Below, in pieces: positions 17,365-26,747 of a stretch of DNA of 64,000 nucleotides. Position numbers and translations under genes: made by a program. How positions within the stretch are numbered: position 1 is the stretch's first letter; the number at the start of each line of letters is the position of its first letter. The notes below the pieces were generated by a model. It did not search any database. It saw only the letters and a list, made by a program, of their open reading frames with translations, and was not told the DNA's origin. Where the stretch lies: NCBI GenBank assembly GCA_025465135.1, contig JAODNA010000084.1, positions 2,599-66,598 on the forward strand, in the 5' to 3' direction. Source of the DNA: Frankiales bacterium. GTDB lineage: Bacteria > Actinomycetota > Actinomycetes > Mycobacteriales > SCTD01.

Positions 17365-18392
17365 TGGACCTGCGCGAGAACGTGCCGCTGTCGTCCTGCA
17401 CGACGCTCGAGCTCGGTGGTCCGGCCGCGACCATGAAGACGGTGTACGACGAAGGCGAGGTCGTCACCGCACTGCGCGAGGCCGAGGGCCCCGTGCTCGT
17501 GCTGGGCGGTGGCAGCAACCTCGTGGTCGCCGACGACGGGTTCTCCGGCACCGTCGTGCGGATCGCATCGCTGGGCCGGACGGCGACGCGTGACGGCGAC
17601 GACGTGCTTCTGCAGGTCGCGGCCGGCGAGAGCTGGGATGCGCTCGTGACGATGTGCGTCGAGCAGCAGCTGGCCGGAGTCGAGTGCCTCGCCGGAATCC
17701 CTGGCCTCGTGGGGGCGACGCCGTTGCAGAACGTCGGCGCCTACGGGCAGGACGTCTCCCAGACGGTCATGTCGGTGCGTGCGTACGACCGCGACGCGGA
17801 CGAGGTGCGCACTCTCAGGGACTGCGGCTTCAGCTACCGCTGGAGCAGGTTCAAGGCGGAGGCGCCGCGCTGGGTCGTCCTCGAGGTGACCTACCGGCTG
17901 ACTGACAGCGCCGTGTCGCGGGCGATCCGCTATCCCGAGCTCGCGCGCGCGCTGGGTGTGGACGTCGGAGCGACCGCCCCGCTGACCGAGGTGCGCGAGG
18001 CCGTACTGGCACTGCGGCGGGGCAAGGGGATGGTGCTCGACCCCGCCGATCCCGACACGCGCAGCGCGGGGTCGTTCTTCATGAACCCGCTGCTCGACCC
18101 GGCCGAGCTCGCTGCGCTCAGGGCCCGCGGTGCGCAGCCGCCGACGTATCCCGAGTCGAACGGCCGGGTGAAGGTGCCCGCAGCCTGGCTGATCGAGCAG
18201 GCCGGGTTCGCGAAGGGGCACTTCGACGGCCCGGTCGGCATCTCGTCGAAGCACACGCTCGCCCTCGTCAACCGCGGGGGCGCGCGCACCGCCGATCTGC
18301 TCAGAGTGGCGCGCGCGGTGCGGGACGGGGTGCGCGACGCGTTCGGTGTCGTGCTCGTCCCGGAGCCGGTGCTCGTCGGGGTGGAGCTCTAG
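17364..18392 (+). CDS. murB: UDP-N-acetylenolpyruvoylglucosamine reductase
   Basis: MDLRENVPLSSCTTLELGGPA...VLGGGSNLVV...RDCGFSYRWSRFK...GSFFMNP. ATG 17364 overlaps the rarD stop. The upstream part of track ORF 16905.. is shadow frame. Confidence 0.92.
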   Translation: MDLRENVPLSSCTTLELGGPAATMKTVYDEGEVVTALREAEGPVLVLGGGSNLVVADDGFSGTVVRIASLGRTATRDGDDVLLQVAAGESWDALVTMCVEQQLAGVECLAGIPGLVGATPLQNVGAYGQDVSQTVMSVRAYDRDADEVRTLRDCGFSYRWSRFKAEAPRWVVLEVTYRLTDSAVSRAIRYPELARALGVDVGATAPLTEVREAVLALRRGKGMVLDPADPDTRSAGSFFMNPLLDPAELAALRARGAQPPTYPESNGRVKVPAAWLIEQAGFAKGHFDGPVGISSKHTLALVNRGGARTADLLRVARAVRDGVRDAFGVVLVPEPVLVGVEL

Positions 18393-18634
18393 CCGTCCAT
18401 CGCGTGCAGCATGTCCATGAGCTCCTTGCACTGCGGGCACACGGGGTACTTGTCGGGGTCCCGGCCCGGGAACCACTTCTTTCCGCAGAGCGCGGTGGCC
18501 GGTACGCCGTCGACGGCGCTGCGCAGGATGTCCTCGCGCCGCACGTAGTGCGACATGCGGTTGTCGTCGGTGTCCTCCTCGAGCTCGGTGTCGAGCGCTT
18601 CGGAGGTGCCCTGGCGGACGTCGAGCTCGGTCAT
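18389..18634 (-). CDS. DUF3039-family conserved actinobacterial protein
   Basis: MTELDVRQG...MSHYVRREDILRSAVDGVPATALCGKKWFPGRDPDKYPVCPQCKEL. Start set at ATG 18634. Confidence 0.75.
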   Translation of the reverse strand: MTELDVRQGTSEALDTELEEDTDDNRMSHYVRREDILRSAVDGVPATALCGKKWFPGRDPDKYPVCPQCKELMDMLHAMDG

Positions 18635-18651
18635 GCCGACGACAGTACGAC

Positions 18652-20691
18652 TCAGGCCTGGCGCTGCAAGGGCGTGACCGCGGCGAGCGGCCGGCGGTAC
18701 TCCTCGAGCCACGACTCCACCTCATCCGCCGGCAGCGGTCGCGAGAGGTGGTAGCCCTGGATCACGTCGCAGCCCAGGGCCCTGAGCATGTTCCAGGTCT
18801 CGGCGTCCTCCACGCCCTCCGCCACCAGGCGCAGCCCGAGGTTGTGGCCGAGCTCGATCGTCGAGCGCACGATCACCGCGTCGTTGGAGTTCGTCGTCAT
18901 CGTGAACACGAAGGACTTGTCGATCTTGAGCTCGTTGGCCTCGAGGCGCTTGAGGTAGGAGAGCGAGGAGTAGCCGGTCCCGAAGTCGTCGATCGACAGC
19001 GAGACTCCGAGGTCGCGCAGCAGGCCCAGCACGGTCATCGTGCGCGTGGGATCGACCATGATCGTCGTCTCGGTCACCTCGAGCGTCAGTGACTCGGGCG
19101 GCACGCCCCATCGCCCGAGGAGCCCGGCGACCTGCCGCGGCAGCTCCAGATCTGTCAGGCAGCGCACGGAGATGTTGACCGCGACGCCGAGCGGCGTTCC
19201 GGCGTCCCGCAGCCTGCGTGCGAAGCACAGTGACTGGTCGAGCACCTCGAGCGTCAGCGCGCCGATCAGGCCGGTGTTCTCCGCGATGGGGATGAAGTCG
19301 TCCGGGTAGACGAGGCCGCGCGCCGGGTGCTGCCAGCGGACCAGGGCCTCCAGACCGACGAGGTCACCTGTCGCGGCGTCGCACTTGGGCTGGTAGTAGA
19401 CCCGCAGCTGCCCGTCGCTGACCCCCTCGCGGAGCTCGCCGAGCAGGGCGAGCTTCTCGACGCTGTGAAGGTCGCGCTCGGGCAGGTAGAACGCGTAGGT
19501 GCCGCGGTGCTCCTTCGCGGCGTAGAGCGCCACATCGGCGCGCTGCATCAGCGTCGTGACGTCCGAGCCGTGCTCCGGGGCGAGCGCGATGCCCACACTG
19601 GCCTGCACGTCCAGCCGCACTCCGTCGATGCTGAACGGCTGCATGAGGGCGGCGACGAGTCGCTGGGCGACGAGCTCCGCAGCGGCCCGCCCGTCGAGAT
19701 CACAGGCCAGTACGGCGAACTCGTCGCCACCCAGCCGGGCGACCGTGTCGCCTTCCCGCATGGCGGTCCGGAGCCGCGCGCCCACCTGCCGGAGCAGCTG
19801 GTCGCCGACGTAGTGGCCGAGGGTGTCGTTGATCTCCTTGAAGTGGTCCAGGTCGATCAGCAGCACCGCGGTGCCGACGGCGCTGCGCTCCGCCGCCTCG
19901 AGCGCGCGCCCGGTGCGGTCGCTGAGGTAGAGCCGGTTGGGAAGCCCCGTCAGTCCGTCGTGCAGGGCTTGGCGCTCGCGCTCGGCAGCGAGCTTCGCGC
20001 TGCGGTGGACGGCGGCGATCGGCAGCAGCATGAGGGGAAGCAGCAGCAGGGAGAAGCCGGTCGCGACCACGACGACCGGGGCGAAGGCGAGCAGGACGCC
20101 CGAGGTCGAGAGCTGGAAGCGCACGTCGTCGCGCAGGTGGGGCAGCACGGGCTTGTTCAGTGCCAGCGCGACGACGATGCCGGTCAGGCCGTTGTTGACG
20201 ATGAAGAACACCGCGCCCGCGGCGAGCGCGGGGACGACGTCGTGCACCTGCAGCGGCGTCGCGTCGGAGGCGAACGTCCGGTGGGTCAGCAGGCAGAACA
20301 CCATCCGCGTCACCGCGCCGGACAGGACCAGCTGGGCGTTGTTGAACAGGAGCCTCTGGAGGTTCTTGCGACGTCGGATGTCGTCGAGGCTGACGGCGGC
20401 GACCTGCGCGGCGAGCAGGACCCAGACCGGGCCGAGGATGGCCAGGGCGAGGATGAAGGTGCTGGCGATGGTGACCTCGTCGAGGTCGTCCTCACCGCGG
20501 GAGATCACGATGGGCTGGGACTCGCCGACCACCAGCAGGGCCGCGAGAACCAGCACCGTCAGGCTCGGGACCTCGACCCGTGCGGGCAGGTGCTGCACCA
20601 GCACGTCGGCGACCACGGCAGCGCCGGCGGCGATCACGGCGAACACGTAGGTGTTCAGCCGCGACGGCCGCAGTCGAGCCGCGAGCTGCAC
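18652..20691 (-). CDS. Membrane-anchored GGDEF-EAL protein (c-di-GMP synthase/phosphodiesterase)
   Basis: N-terminal multi-TM region, GGDEF (RLGGDEFAV) and EAL (EALVRW, DDFGTGYSSLSYL, KIDKSF). GTG 20691 is preceded by aggag with a 5-nt spacer. Confidence 0.9.
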   Translation of the reverse strand: MQLAARLRPSRLNTYVFAVIAAGAAVVADVLVQHLPARVEVPSLTVLVLAALLVVGESQPIVISRGEDDLDEVTIASTFILALAILGPVWVLLAAQVAAVSLDDIRRRKNLQRLLFNNAQLVLSGAVTRMVFCLLTHRTFASDATPLQVHDVVPALAAGAVFFIVNNGLTGIVVALALNKPVLPHLRDDVRFQLSTSGVLLAFAPVVVVATGFSLLLLPLMLLPIAAVHRSAKLAAERERQALHDGLTGLPNRLYLSDRTGRALEAAERSAVGTAVLLIDLDHFKEINDTLGHYVGDQLLRQVGARLRTAMREGDTVARLGGDEFAVLACDLDGRAAAELVAQRLVAALMQPFSIDGVRLDVQASVGIALAPEHGSDVTTLMQRADVALYAAKEHRGTYAFYLPERDLHSVEKLALLGELREGVSDGQLRVYYQPKCDAATGDLVGLEALVRWQHPARGLVYPDDFIPIAENTGLIGALTLEVLDQSLCFARRLRDAGTPLGVAVNISVRCLTDLELPRQVAGLLGRWGVPPESLTLEVTETTIMVDPTRTMTVLGLLRDLGVSLSIDDFGTGYSSLSYLKRLEANELKIDKSFVFTMTTNSNDAVIVRSTIELGHNLGLRLVAEGVEDAETWNMLRALGCDVIQGYHLSRPLPADEVESWLEEYRRPLAAVTPLQRQA

Positions 20692-20933
20692 GAGTGCTCC
20701 TGTCGGATCGGCGGGTTGCCCCGGGGTCCCGGCCGGGCGCACCCGGCAACCACGCGGGACAGGTCCCGCGCTAGGTATGTCGTCCGATACGCCCAGGTCT
20801 TGAGCCGCCGCGAGCCTGTTCCTCCCTCGTCCGCGCCGCACGCACCCCCCGAAAGGGGGACCGGAACTCACGGCTACACCTCCAGGCACGTCATGCCGAC
20901 ATATCCCTGTCGGACGAGCGGGAGGGGCGGCGG

Positions 20934-22505
20934 GTGCAGGCGCGGTATGGCCGGGTGCTGTCGTCCCCCGGTGTCGCGCGCACCGTGGTGCCGTACCTGG
21001 TCGGCCGGCTGCCGTCGAGCATGAACCTGCTGGCCCTGCTGCTGTTCATCCGCCACACGAGTGGCTCGTTCGTGACCGCCGGCGGCGTCAGCGCCGCCTT
21101 CGCCCTGGCCGTCGCCGTCTCGTCGCCGGTGCTCGGCCGGCTGGTCGACATGCGCGGGCAGACGGGTGTCCTCGTGGCCACCAGCATCGTGCACCCGCTC
21201 GCGCTCATCGGGGTGCTCGTCGCCGCCTCGCAGTCGGCCGGCGCCCCGGTGGTGCTGGCTGCGGCCGCCCTGGCCGGCGCGTCGCTGCCGCCGATCTCGG
21301 CGTGCATGCGAGCGCTCTGGCCCAGTCTGCTGCGGGACGCGGAGCAGCGCGAGACCGCTTTCGGTCTCGAGGCGGTCGTCGTCGAGATCTGCGAGCTGGG
21401 CGGCCCCTTGCTCGTCGGTGGGCTCACCGCGGTCGTGTCGCCGGGTGCCGCGGTGCTGGTCAGTGCGGTCCTGACCGGCGCCGGAGCGCTCCTGTTCGCC
21501 CTGGCACCCGCCTCCCGCGACGCGGTCCGCGGGGCGTGGCAGACCCGCCGATGGCGGGGTCCGCTGGAGGAACGGGGCGTCCGCTGGCTGCTCGCGATCA
21601 TCGCGTTCTCCACCGCCGGTCTGGCCGCCTTCGAGGTCGCCATCGCCGGCTTCGCGACCGGGCACGGCGGGGCGGCGTCGACGGGGACCCTGCTCGCGCT
21701 GTGGTTCGGCGGGAGCCTGGCCGGTGGCTGGTGGTACGGCGCGCGCCGATGGGCGACGCCCCTGCCCTGGCAGCTCGTCGGTCTCCTCCTGGCGGTCGCC
21801 GTGGGCGCGCTGCTGCCGTTGCTCGCGACCGGCACCTGGACCATGGCCGCCCTCCTCCTCGTGTCCGGTGTCGCGATCGCCCCGGCCATCGCCGTACAGC
21901 TCGCCGTGATGTCCGAGGTCGCACCGGAGCGCAGCCGCACGGAGGCCTTCACCTGGGCCAGCACCGCCAACTTCGTCGGCATCGCCGGTGGCTCGGCCCT
22001 GGCCGGCTGGTCGGTCGAGCTGGCCGGGGTGCGCGCTGGGCTGGTCGCGTCGGCCGGTCTCGCTGCCGTCACCGCGCTGCTGTCCGTCGCCGGGCGGCAC
22101 GGCCTCGGCCTGCCGCGGCTGGCGCACGACGCTGCGGTGGAAGCCGCCGAGGACGCCTACGACCTGGCCGTGTTCGAGGACCTCGCCCAGGAGCGTGACG
22201 ATGCGGTCGCAGCGCTCGCGCGGGCGGCCGAGCGGAACGCCGAGCTGCTGGACCAGCTCACCGCTCTCCGCGGGCAGCTGCAGGACGGGAGCCACCAGCC
22301 GCCGACCGGCCGGGCGGCGTCGGCCGCCGCCGAGATCGCCAGGACCGGGTTGGCTCGCCTCGACGCGAGCCTGGCGGACCTCTACCTGCTCGAGCAGCGA
22401 CGGGCGGCCGTTCTCGAGGACATCGAGCAGCTGCGCGCCGAGCTGCTCTCGTGGGGCCTGCCGGAGAACGTGACAGCCCTGCCGCGGCAGTCGCACGGGG
22501 CGTGA
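20934..22505 (+). CDS. MFS transporter with a ~120-aa C-terminal coiled-coil-like cytoplasmic extension
   Basis: About 400 aa of 12-TM MFS-like sequence. The tail follows: ...DLAVFEDLAQERDDAVAALARAAERNAELLDQLTALRGQLQ...LEQRRAAVLEDIEQLRAELL. GTG start after gggagg. Confidence 0.75.
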   Translation: MQARYGRVLSSPGVARTVVPYLVGRLPSSMNLLALLLFIRHTSGSFVTAGGVSAAFALAVAVSSPVLGRLVDMRGQTGVLVATSIVHPLALIGVLVAASQSAGAPVVLAAAALAGASLPPISACMRALWPSLLRDAEQRETAFGLEAVVVEICELGGPLLVGGLTAVVSPGAAVLVSAVLTGAGALLFALAPASRDAVRGAWQTRRWRGPLEERGVRWLLAIIAFSTAGLAAFEVAIAGFATGHGGAASTGTLLALWFGGSLAGGWWYGARRWATPLPWQLVGLLLAVAVGALLPLLATGTWTMAALLLVSGVAIAPAIAVQLAVMSEVAPERSRTEAFTWASTANFVGIAGGSALAGWSVELAGVRAGLVASAGLAAVTALLSVAGRHGLGLPRLAHDAAVEAAEDAYDLAVFEDLAQERDDAVAALARAAERNAELLDQLTALRGQLQDGSHQPPTGRAASAAAEIARTGLARLDASLADLYLLEQRRAAVLEDIEQLRAELLSWGLPENVTALPRQSHGA

Positions 22506-22788
22506 GTGAGGCCTCCCTCACCTCGCGGTCAGGTGAACAAGGGCGCGCCGGGGTATCGACCCCTCGTGCAGACCATGTCCCCCACGCGTGCGGCGCAGGA
22601 GCGACGGCGTCGTCGTCAGGAGCTCCTCGACACGCTGCGGCAGGCAGCGGAGCTCCGCGCACGGCTGCATCCCAGGGCCAACGCACTCGCCCGGTCCCGG
22701 GCGCTGCTGCACGCCCGCACGACGCGAGGCTGAACCCCGCCGCAGCGGGTAGGCCGCCGGCACGCCTCGTCGACCCTGGGAGAGGGCT

Positions 22789-24417
22789 CTGTCCACACTG
22801 AGCGCCGAGCTTCGTCGTACGGCGAAGTCCGCTTTCGGCTGGGACGAGCTGCGACCGGGACAGCTGGAGGCCATGGAGGCCGTGATGGCCGGCCACGACA
22901 CGGTCGTCGTCATGCCGACGGGCTCCGGCAAGAGCGCGGTCTACCAGGTGCCTGCACTGCTGCTGGATGGTCCGACAGTCGTGGTGAGCCCGCTGATCGC
23001 GCTGCAGCGCGACCAGGTGGCCGGGCTCACCGAGCGGCTCGGTGCCGGGGAGGCGGTCCACGCCAACAGCACGCTGTCCGAGCGGGCGCGGAGCGAGGCG
23101 TTCGCGGCCCTGGCCGCCGGCAGCGTGGAGTTCTTCTTCCTGGCGCCGGAGCAGCTCGGCCGGCCCGACGTGCTCGACGCGATCGCGGCAGCCAAGCCGT
23201 CGCTGTTCGTCGTCGACGAGGCGCACTGCATCTCGACCTGGGGCCACGACTTCCGTCCCGACTACCTGCGCCTCGGCGCGGCGATCGAGCGGCTCGGGTC
23301 ACCGCGCGTGCTCGCGCTCACCGCGACGGCGTCCCCGCCGGTGCGCGACGAGATCGCGGCCCGGCTCCGGCTCCGCGACCCGGTGCAGGTGGTGCACGGC
23401 TTCGACCGACCCAACCTTCGGCTCACCGTCGAGGCGTTCCGTGACGAGGAGCAGAAGCGCGAGGCCGTCATCCTGCGCGCGATGGGGGAGGCCAAGCCCG
23501 GCATCGTCTACACAGCGACCCGCAAGTCGGCCGAGACCTACGCGCGGAGCCTCGCCGACTTCGGGATGACGGCGGCGGCCTATCACGCCGGCATGCGCGC
23601 CGCGGACCGCTCCGCGGTCCACGACCGGTTTCTCGGCGGTGCAGTCGACGTGGTCGTCGCGACGACGGCCTTCGGGATGGGGATCGACAAGGCCGACGTC
23701 CGGTTCGTGCTCCATGCCGAGGTCGCCGACTCCATCGACAGCTACTACCAGGAGATCGGCCGTGCGGGACGCGACGCTGGTCCTGCGCAGGCGGTGCTCT
23801 TCTACCGTGAGGAGGACCTCGGCCTGCGCAAGTTCTTCGCCTCCGGGCTGCCCGACACCCGGTTGCTGCAGAAGCTCGCAACGCTCGTCGGTCACGCAAC
23901 CGGGCCGGTCGCGGCGTCGGACCTCGCGGCCGAGATGGAGGTGACCGCGTCGCGACTGGCCGGGTTGGTCAACCTGCTCGAACAAGCAGGCGCGCTGCTG
24001 GTCGGACCGTCGGGCGCGGTGGAAGCCCTCGCGGGGCCCGACCCGATGCAGGCCGCGGAGCTGGCGATGGCAGTGGCGGAGTCGCAGCGCCGCGTCGAGC
24101 GGTCCCGGATCGAGATGATGCGCGGCTACGCCGAGACGACAGGCTGTCGGCGGCAGTACCTCCTCGCCTACTTCGGTGAGGCGTACGGCGAGGAGTGCGG
24201 CAACTGCGACACCTGCGAGGCTGGCAGCGCCTCGCAGCAACCCGACGCCGCGCTGTCGCCCTACGCCTTGCAGTCGAGGGTTGCGCACGCTTCGTGGGGT
24301 GAGGGCGTGGTCATGAGGTATGAGGGGGACCGGATCGTCGTGCTGTTCGAGGACGTGGGCTACCGCACGCTGTCGCTCGAGACGGTCCGTGCGCGCGGTC
24401 TGCTGACCACCGCGTGA
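22789..24417 (+). CDS. recQ: RecQ-family ATP-dependent DNA helicase
   Basis: Motifs FGWDELRPGQLEAMEAV (motif 0), VMPTGSGKS, DEAHCIS, LTATA, ATTAFGMGID, QEIGRAGRD and Zn-finger CGNCDTC. Motif 0 lies upstream of the first ATG (22873). The frame opens at 22753 and contains only CTG candidates (22789, 22798), so the start is uncertain. Confidence 0.85.
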   Translation: MSTLSAELRRTAKSAFGWDELRPGQLEAMEAVMAGHDTVVVMPTGSGKSAVYQVPALLLDGPTVVVSPLIALQRDQVAGLTERLGAGEAVHANSTLSERARSEAFAALAAGSVEFFFLAPEQLGRPDVLDAIAAAKPSLFVVDEAHCISTWGHDFRPDYLRLGAAIERLGSPRVLALTATASPPVRDEIAARLRLRDPVQVVHGFDRPNLRLTVEAFRDEEQKREAVILRAMGEAKPGIVYTATRKSAETYARSLADFGMTAAAYHAGMRAADRSAVHDRFLGGAVDVVVATTAFGMGIDKADVRFVLHAEVADSIDSYYQEIGRAGRDAGPAQAVLFYREEDLGLRKFFASGLPDTRLLQKLATLVGHATGPVAASDLAAEMEVTASRLAGLVNLLEQAGALLVGPSGAVEALAGPDPMQAAELAMAVAESQRRVERSRIEMMRGYAETTGCRRQYLLAYFGEAYGEECGNCDTCEAGSASQQPDAALSPYALQSRVAHASWGEGVVMRYEGDRIVVLFEDVGYRTLSLETVRARGLLTTA

Positions 24418-25406
24418 CCGATGTCCTCGCGGCCGACGGGACCGAGGTCGACGCCGTCGTCGTCGGTGGCGGGCCGGCCGGGCTGGCAGCCGCGCTGTGG
24501 CTGGGCCGCTACCGCCGCTCGGTCGTGGTCGTCGACTCGCAGCAGTACCGCTCCGCGGCCGTCGAGCACTCGCACGGCTACCTCGGCCGTGACCCGCAGA
24601 CCCCGGTCGAGCTGCTGGAGCGGGGCCGCGAGGAGCTCCTCGCCTACCCGACCGCCTCGGTCCGTACGTCGTCGGTGGCCGGCATCTCGGTGCGCAGCGA
24701 CGGGCTGTTCGCCGTATCCCTCGCCGACGGCGACCTGGTGGCGCACCGCGTCGTGCTGGCCACCGGCGTACGCGATGCCTTTCCCGCCGTACGCGGCTTC
24801 GACGACCACTACGGCGCCTCCGTCTTCCACTGCCCGGCCTGCGACGGCTACGAAGCCCGAGAGCGCGACGTCGTCGCCATCGGGTGGGACGCGCACCTCG
24901 TCGGCTTCGCGTCGACGCTGCTGAACTGGGCCCGATCGGTGACTGTCGTGACCGACGGGCACCGCTTCGCCGGTGACGAGGCGTGCAGGACCACCCTCGG
25001 CGACAACGGGATCGAGCTGGTCGAGCAGGGAGCCGTGGAGTTCGTCGGGTCCCGCGGTGCGCTCGAGGCTGTGCTGCTGGCCGACGGCCGCCGCCTGCCC
25101 GCCTCGCTGGTGTTCTTCTCCCTCGCCCACGAGCCGCAGGTGGCGCTGGCGACCGCGCTCGGTTGCGCACTGGACGACGACGGCTACGTCGTGGTCGATC
25201 GGCAGGGCGAGACCGACGTGCCAGGCGTCTACGCGGCCGGTGACATCACGCCCGGCCTGCAGCTGGTGCAGGTCGCGGCCGCGTCCGGGGTGGTTGCAGG
25301 GGTCGGCGCGGCGCAGTCGTTCTTCGGCAAGACCGGCGCCCCGACATCGCCCGCCCCCGGCCCCGACCCCAGGGTCCGCGACCCGACAGCCCCCCACGAC
25401 GGCTGA
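24414..25406 (+). CDS. Thioredoxin-reductase-like NAD(P)/FAD-dependent oxidoreductase
   Basis: VVGGGPAGLAAAL, redox CPACDG and GDITPG. GTGA overlap with the recQ stop. Confidence 0.85.
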   Translation: MTDVLAADGTEVDAVVVGGGPAGLAAALWLGRYRRSVVVVDSQQYRSAAVEHSHGYLGRDPQTPVELLERGREELLAYPTASVRTSSVAGISVRSDGLFAVSLADGDLVAHRVVLATGVRDAFPAVRGFDDHYGASVFHCPACDGYEARERDVVAIGWDAHLVGFASTLLNWARSVTVVTDGHRFAGDEACRTTLGDNGIELVEQGAVEFVGSRGALEAVLLADGRRLPASLVFFSLAHEPQVALATALGCALDDDGYVVVDRQGETDVPGVYAAGDITPGLQLVQVAAASGVVAGVGAAQSFFGKTGAPTSPAPGPDPRVRDPTAPHDG

Positions 25407-25416
25407 GGACAGCAGA

Positions 25417-25449
25417 ACGCCCCGCTCACCGAGGCGGTGGGCGGGGCGT
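25417..25449. terminator. Nested hairpin between convergent genes
   Basis: acgccccgc-t-caccg-agg-cggtg-g-gcggggcgt. Confidence 0.55.
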
Positions 25450-25468
25450 CCCGGACGAGCCGGTAGGG

Positions 25469-26116
25469 CTAGACGGCGTCCTTGACCCTGTCGCTGACCT
25501 TGTCGAACGCCCCGGTGGCGGCCCCGCCGACGACGGTCGCGGCGGTAGCGCCGAGAGCTGCGGCCCGGCCCGGAACCGCCTTGAGCGTGCCCCTGAGGAC
25601 CTCGCTCGGACGCTGCTGCTCCTCGTGCAGCGACGAGGAGGCGAGCACCGCCCCGGTCAGGCCGGGGATCGCCCACTGCAGTGCCTTGAGCTGCTTCTGC
25701 GCCTTCGCGACCTCCGGCGGGGTCGACGGCAGCGAGGCCGTACCGCCCGCGACGGGCACGTCGCCGGCGTTCATCACCTTCTGCCCGAGCAGACGGCTGT
25801 AGGCGGTCGCGCCGAGCGCGCCGGCGGTCAGAGCGAGCTTGACGTTGGTGTTGGCGAGGACGCCCTTCTGCGCCGCGACCCGTCCCTTGTTGGCCTTGAG
25901 CAGCTGGGCGCCGCCGACGAGGTGGGCGCCGATGGCGACGAGGTTGATCGGTGTCCACCGTCCCCAGCCGGCGTTGGCGACGCGGGCCCGCTGCCGCGGG
26001 TCGTCGACGTCGGCTGCGGCGCCGTTGACGCCGATCGCCCCCATCAGGGAACCGCCGAACCAGGCGGCGAGCCCGGCGTCGTGCAAGAAGTGGGCGAGCG
26101 TGTTCCGGTTCTGCAT
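25469..26116 (-). CDS. Hypothetical membrane protein
   Basis: 215-aa ORF with hydrophobic segments (AAWFGGSLMGAIGV, INLVAIGAHLVGG). No family recognised. Confidence 0.6.
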   Translation of the reverse strand: MQNRNTLAHFLHDAGLAAWFGGSLMGAIGVNGAAADVDDPRQRARVANAGWGRWTPINLVAIGAHLVGGAQLLKANKGRVAAQKGVLANTNVKLALTAGALGATAYSRLLGQKVMNAGDVPVAGGTASLPSTPPEVAKAQKQLKALQWAIPGLTGAVLASSSLHEEQQRPSEVLRGTLKAVPGRAAALGATAATVVGGAATGAFDKVSDRVKDAV

Positions 26117-26264
26117 GGGGGATTCCTCCGCGGTGCGTATCGGGGTCTTGGATTACCTGTTCGCTACCCGGTGGCCGTCCTCGCGAACCGGTCCCGCCGC
26201 TTCCCTCTGCGAGCGCTGTCTGCAAGAGTCCGGCGCACGATCGCGGTACGACGAGGGGGTGCGT

Positions 26265-26747
26265 ATGACGGACACCGAGGCGTACGCCGTCGTCGTGTTC
26301 CGCGAGGAGGGCAGCTGGCAGGTCGGCGTGCTGCCCGAGGTGCTGACCGAGGACCTCGACGGGCTGGTCGCCGCCGTCCGCCAGCAGCCGGGCGAGAACG
26401 GCTCGTTCGCGCTCGTCGACGTCGCCGACGAGTTCTTCGTCGTCGTACGGGTCCAGATGGGTCGGGTGCGGCTGCTGCTCTCGGACGTCACGGCTGCGGT
26501 CGCGTGGGACCTGGCCGCGCAGGTCCTCGAGGCGCTCGGCCTGGACGTGCCTGGCGAGGACGACCTCGAAGACGTCTGGCCGGTCGGGGATCTCGGGGTA
26601 TTTGAGGATTTGGGCCTCGATGAGATGGAGCTCGGTGCCATCCTGTCCGATGTCGACGCGTATGCCGACGAGATGCTCTCGGCCTTGGCCCGCCGACTCG
26701 GGTTCGCGGATGCCTACGAGCGGGTAGTCGACGCCCTCGTGGATTGA
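26265..26747 (+). CDS. tRNA adenosine deaminase-associated protein (copy 1)
   Basis: MTDTEAYAVVVFREEGSWQVGVLPE...FFVVVRV...LLLSD. Acidic protein family found upstream of tadA in Actinobacteria. ATG 26265 chosen inside track ORF 25839... Confidence 0.7.
   Translation: MTDTEAYAVVVFREEGSWQVGVLPEVLTEDLDGLVAAVRQQPGENGSFALVDVADEFFVVVRVQMGRVRLLLSDVTAAVAWDLAAQVLEALGLDVPGEDDLEDVWPVGDLGVFEDLGLDEMELGAILSDVDAYADEMLSALARRLGFADAYERVVDALVD

Noticed and set aside
20692-20933. Structured element upstream of the GGDEF-EAL and MFS genes (hairpin ccccc-gaaa-ggggg near 20846-20860)
   Set aside because: It is a single short GNRA-type hairpin in a divergent promoter region, with no second copy or conserved flanks to compare. 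This is insufficient to call a regulatory RNA.
22575-22733. 52-aa Arg-rich ORF (MSPTRAAQERRRRRQELLDTLRQAAELRARL...) between the MFS gene and recQ
   Set aside because: It has no RBS, no recognisable family and a composition compatible with chance in high-GC DNA. It might be real, but I cannot support it.
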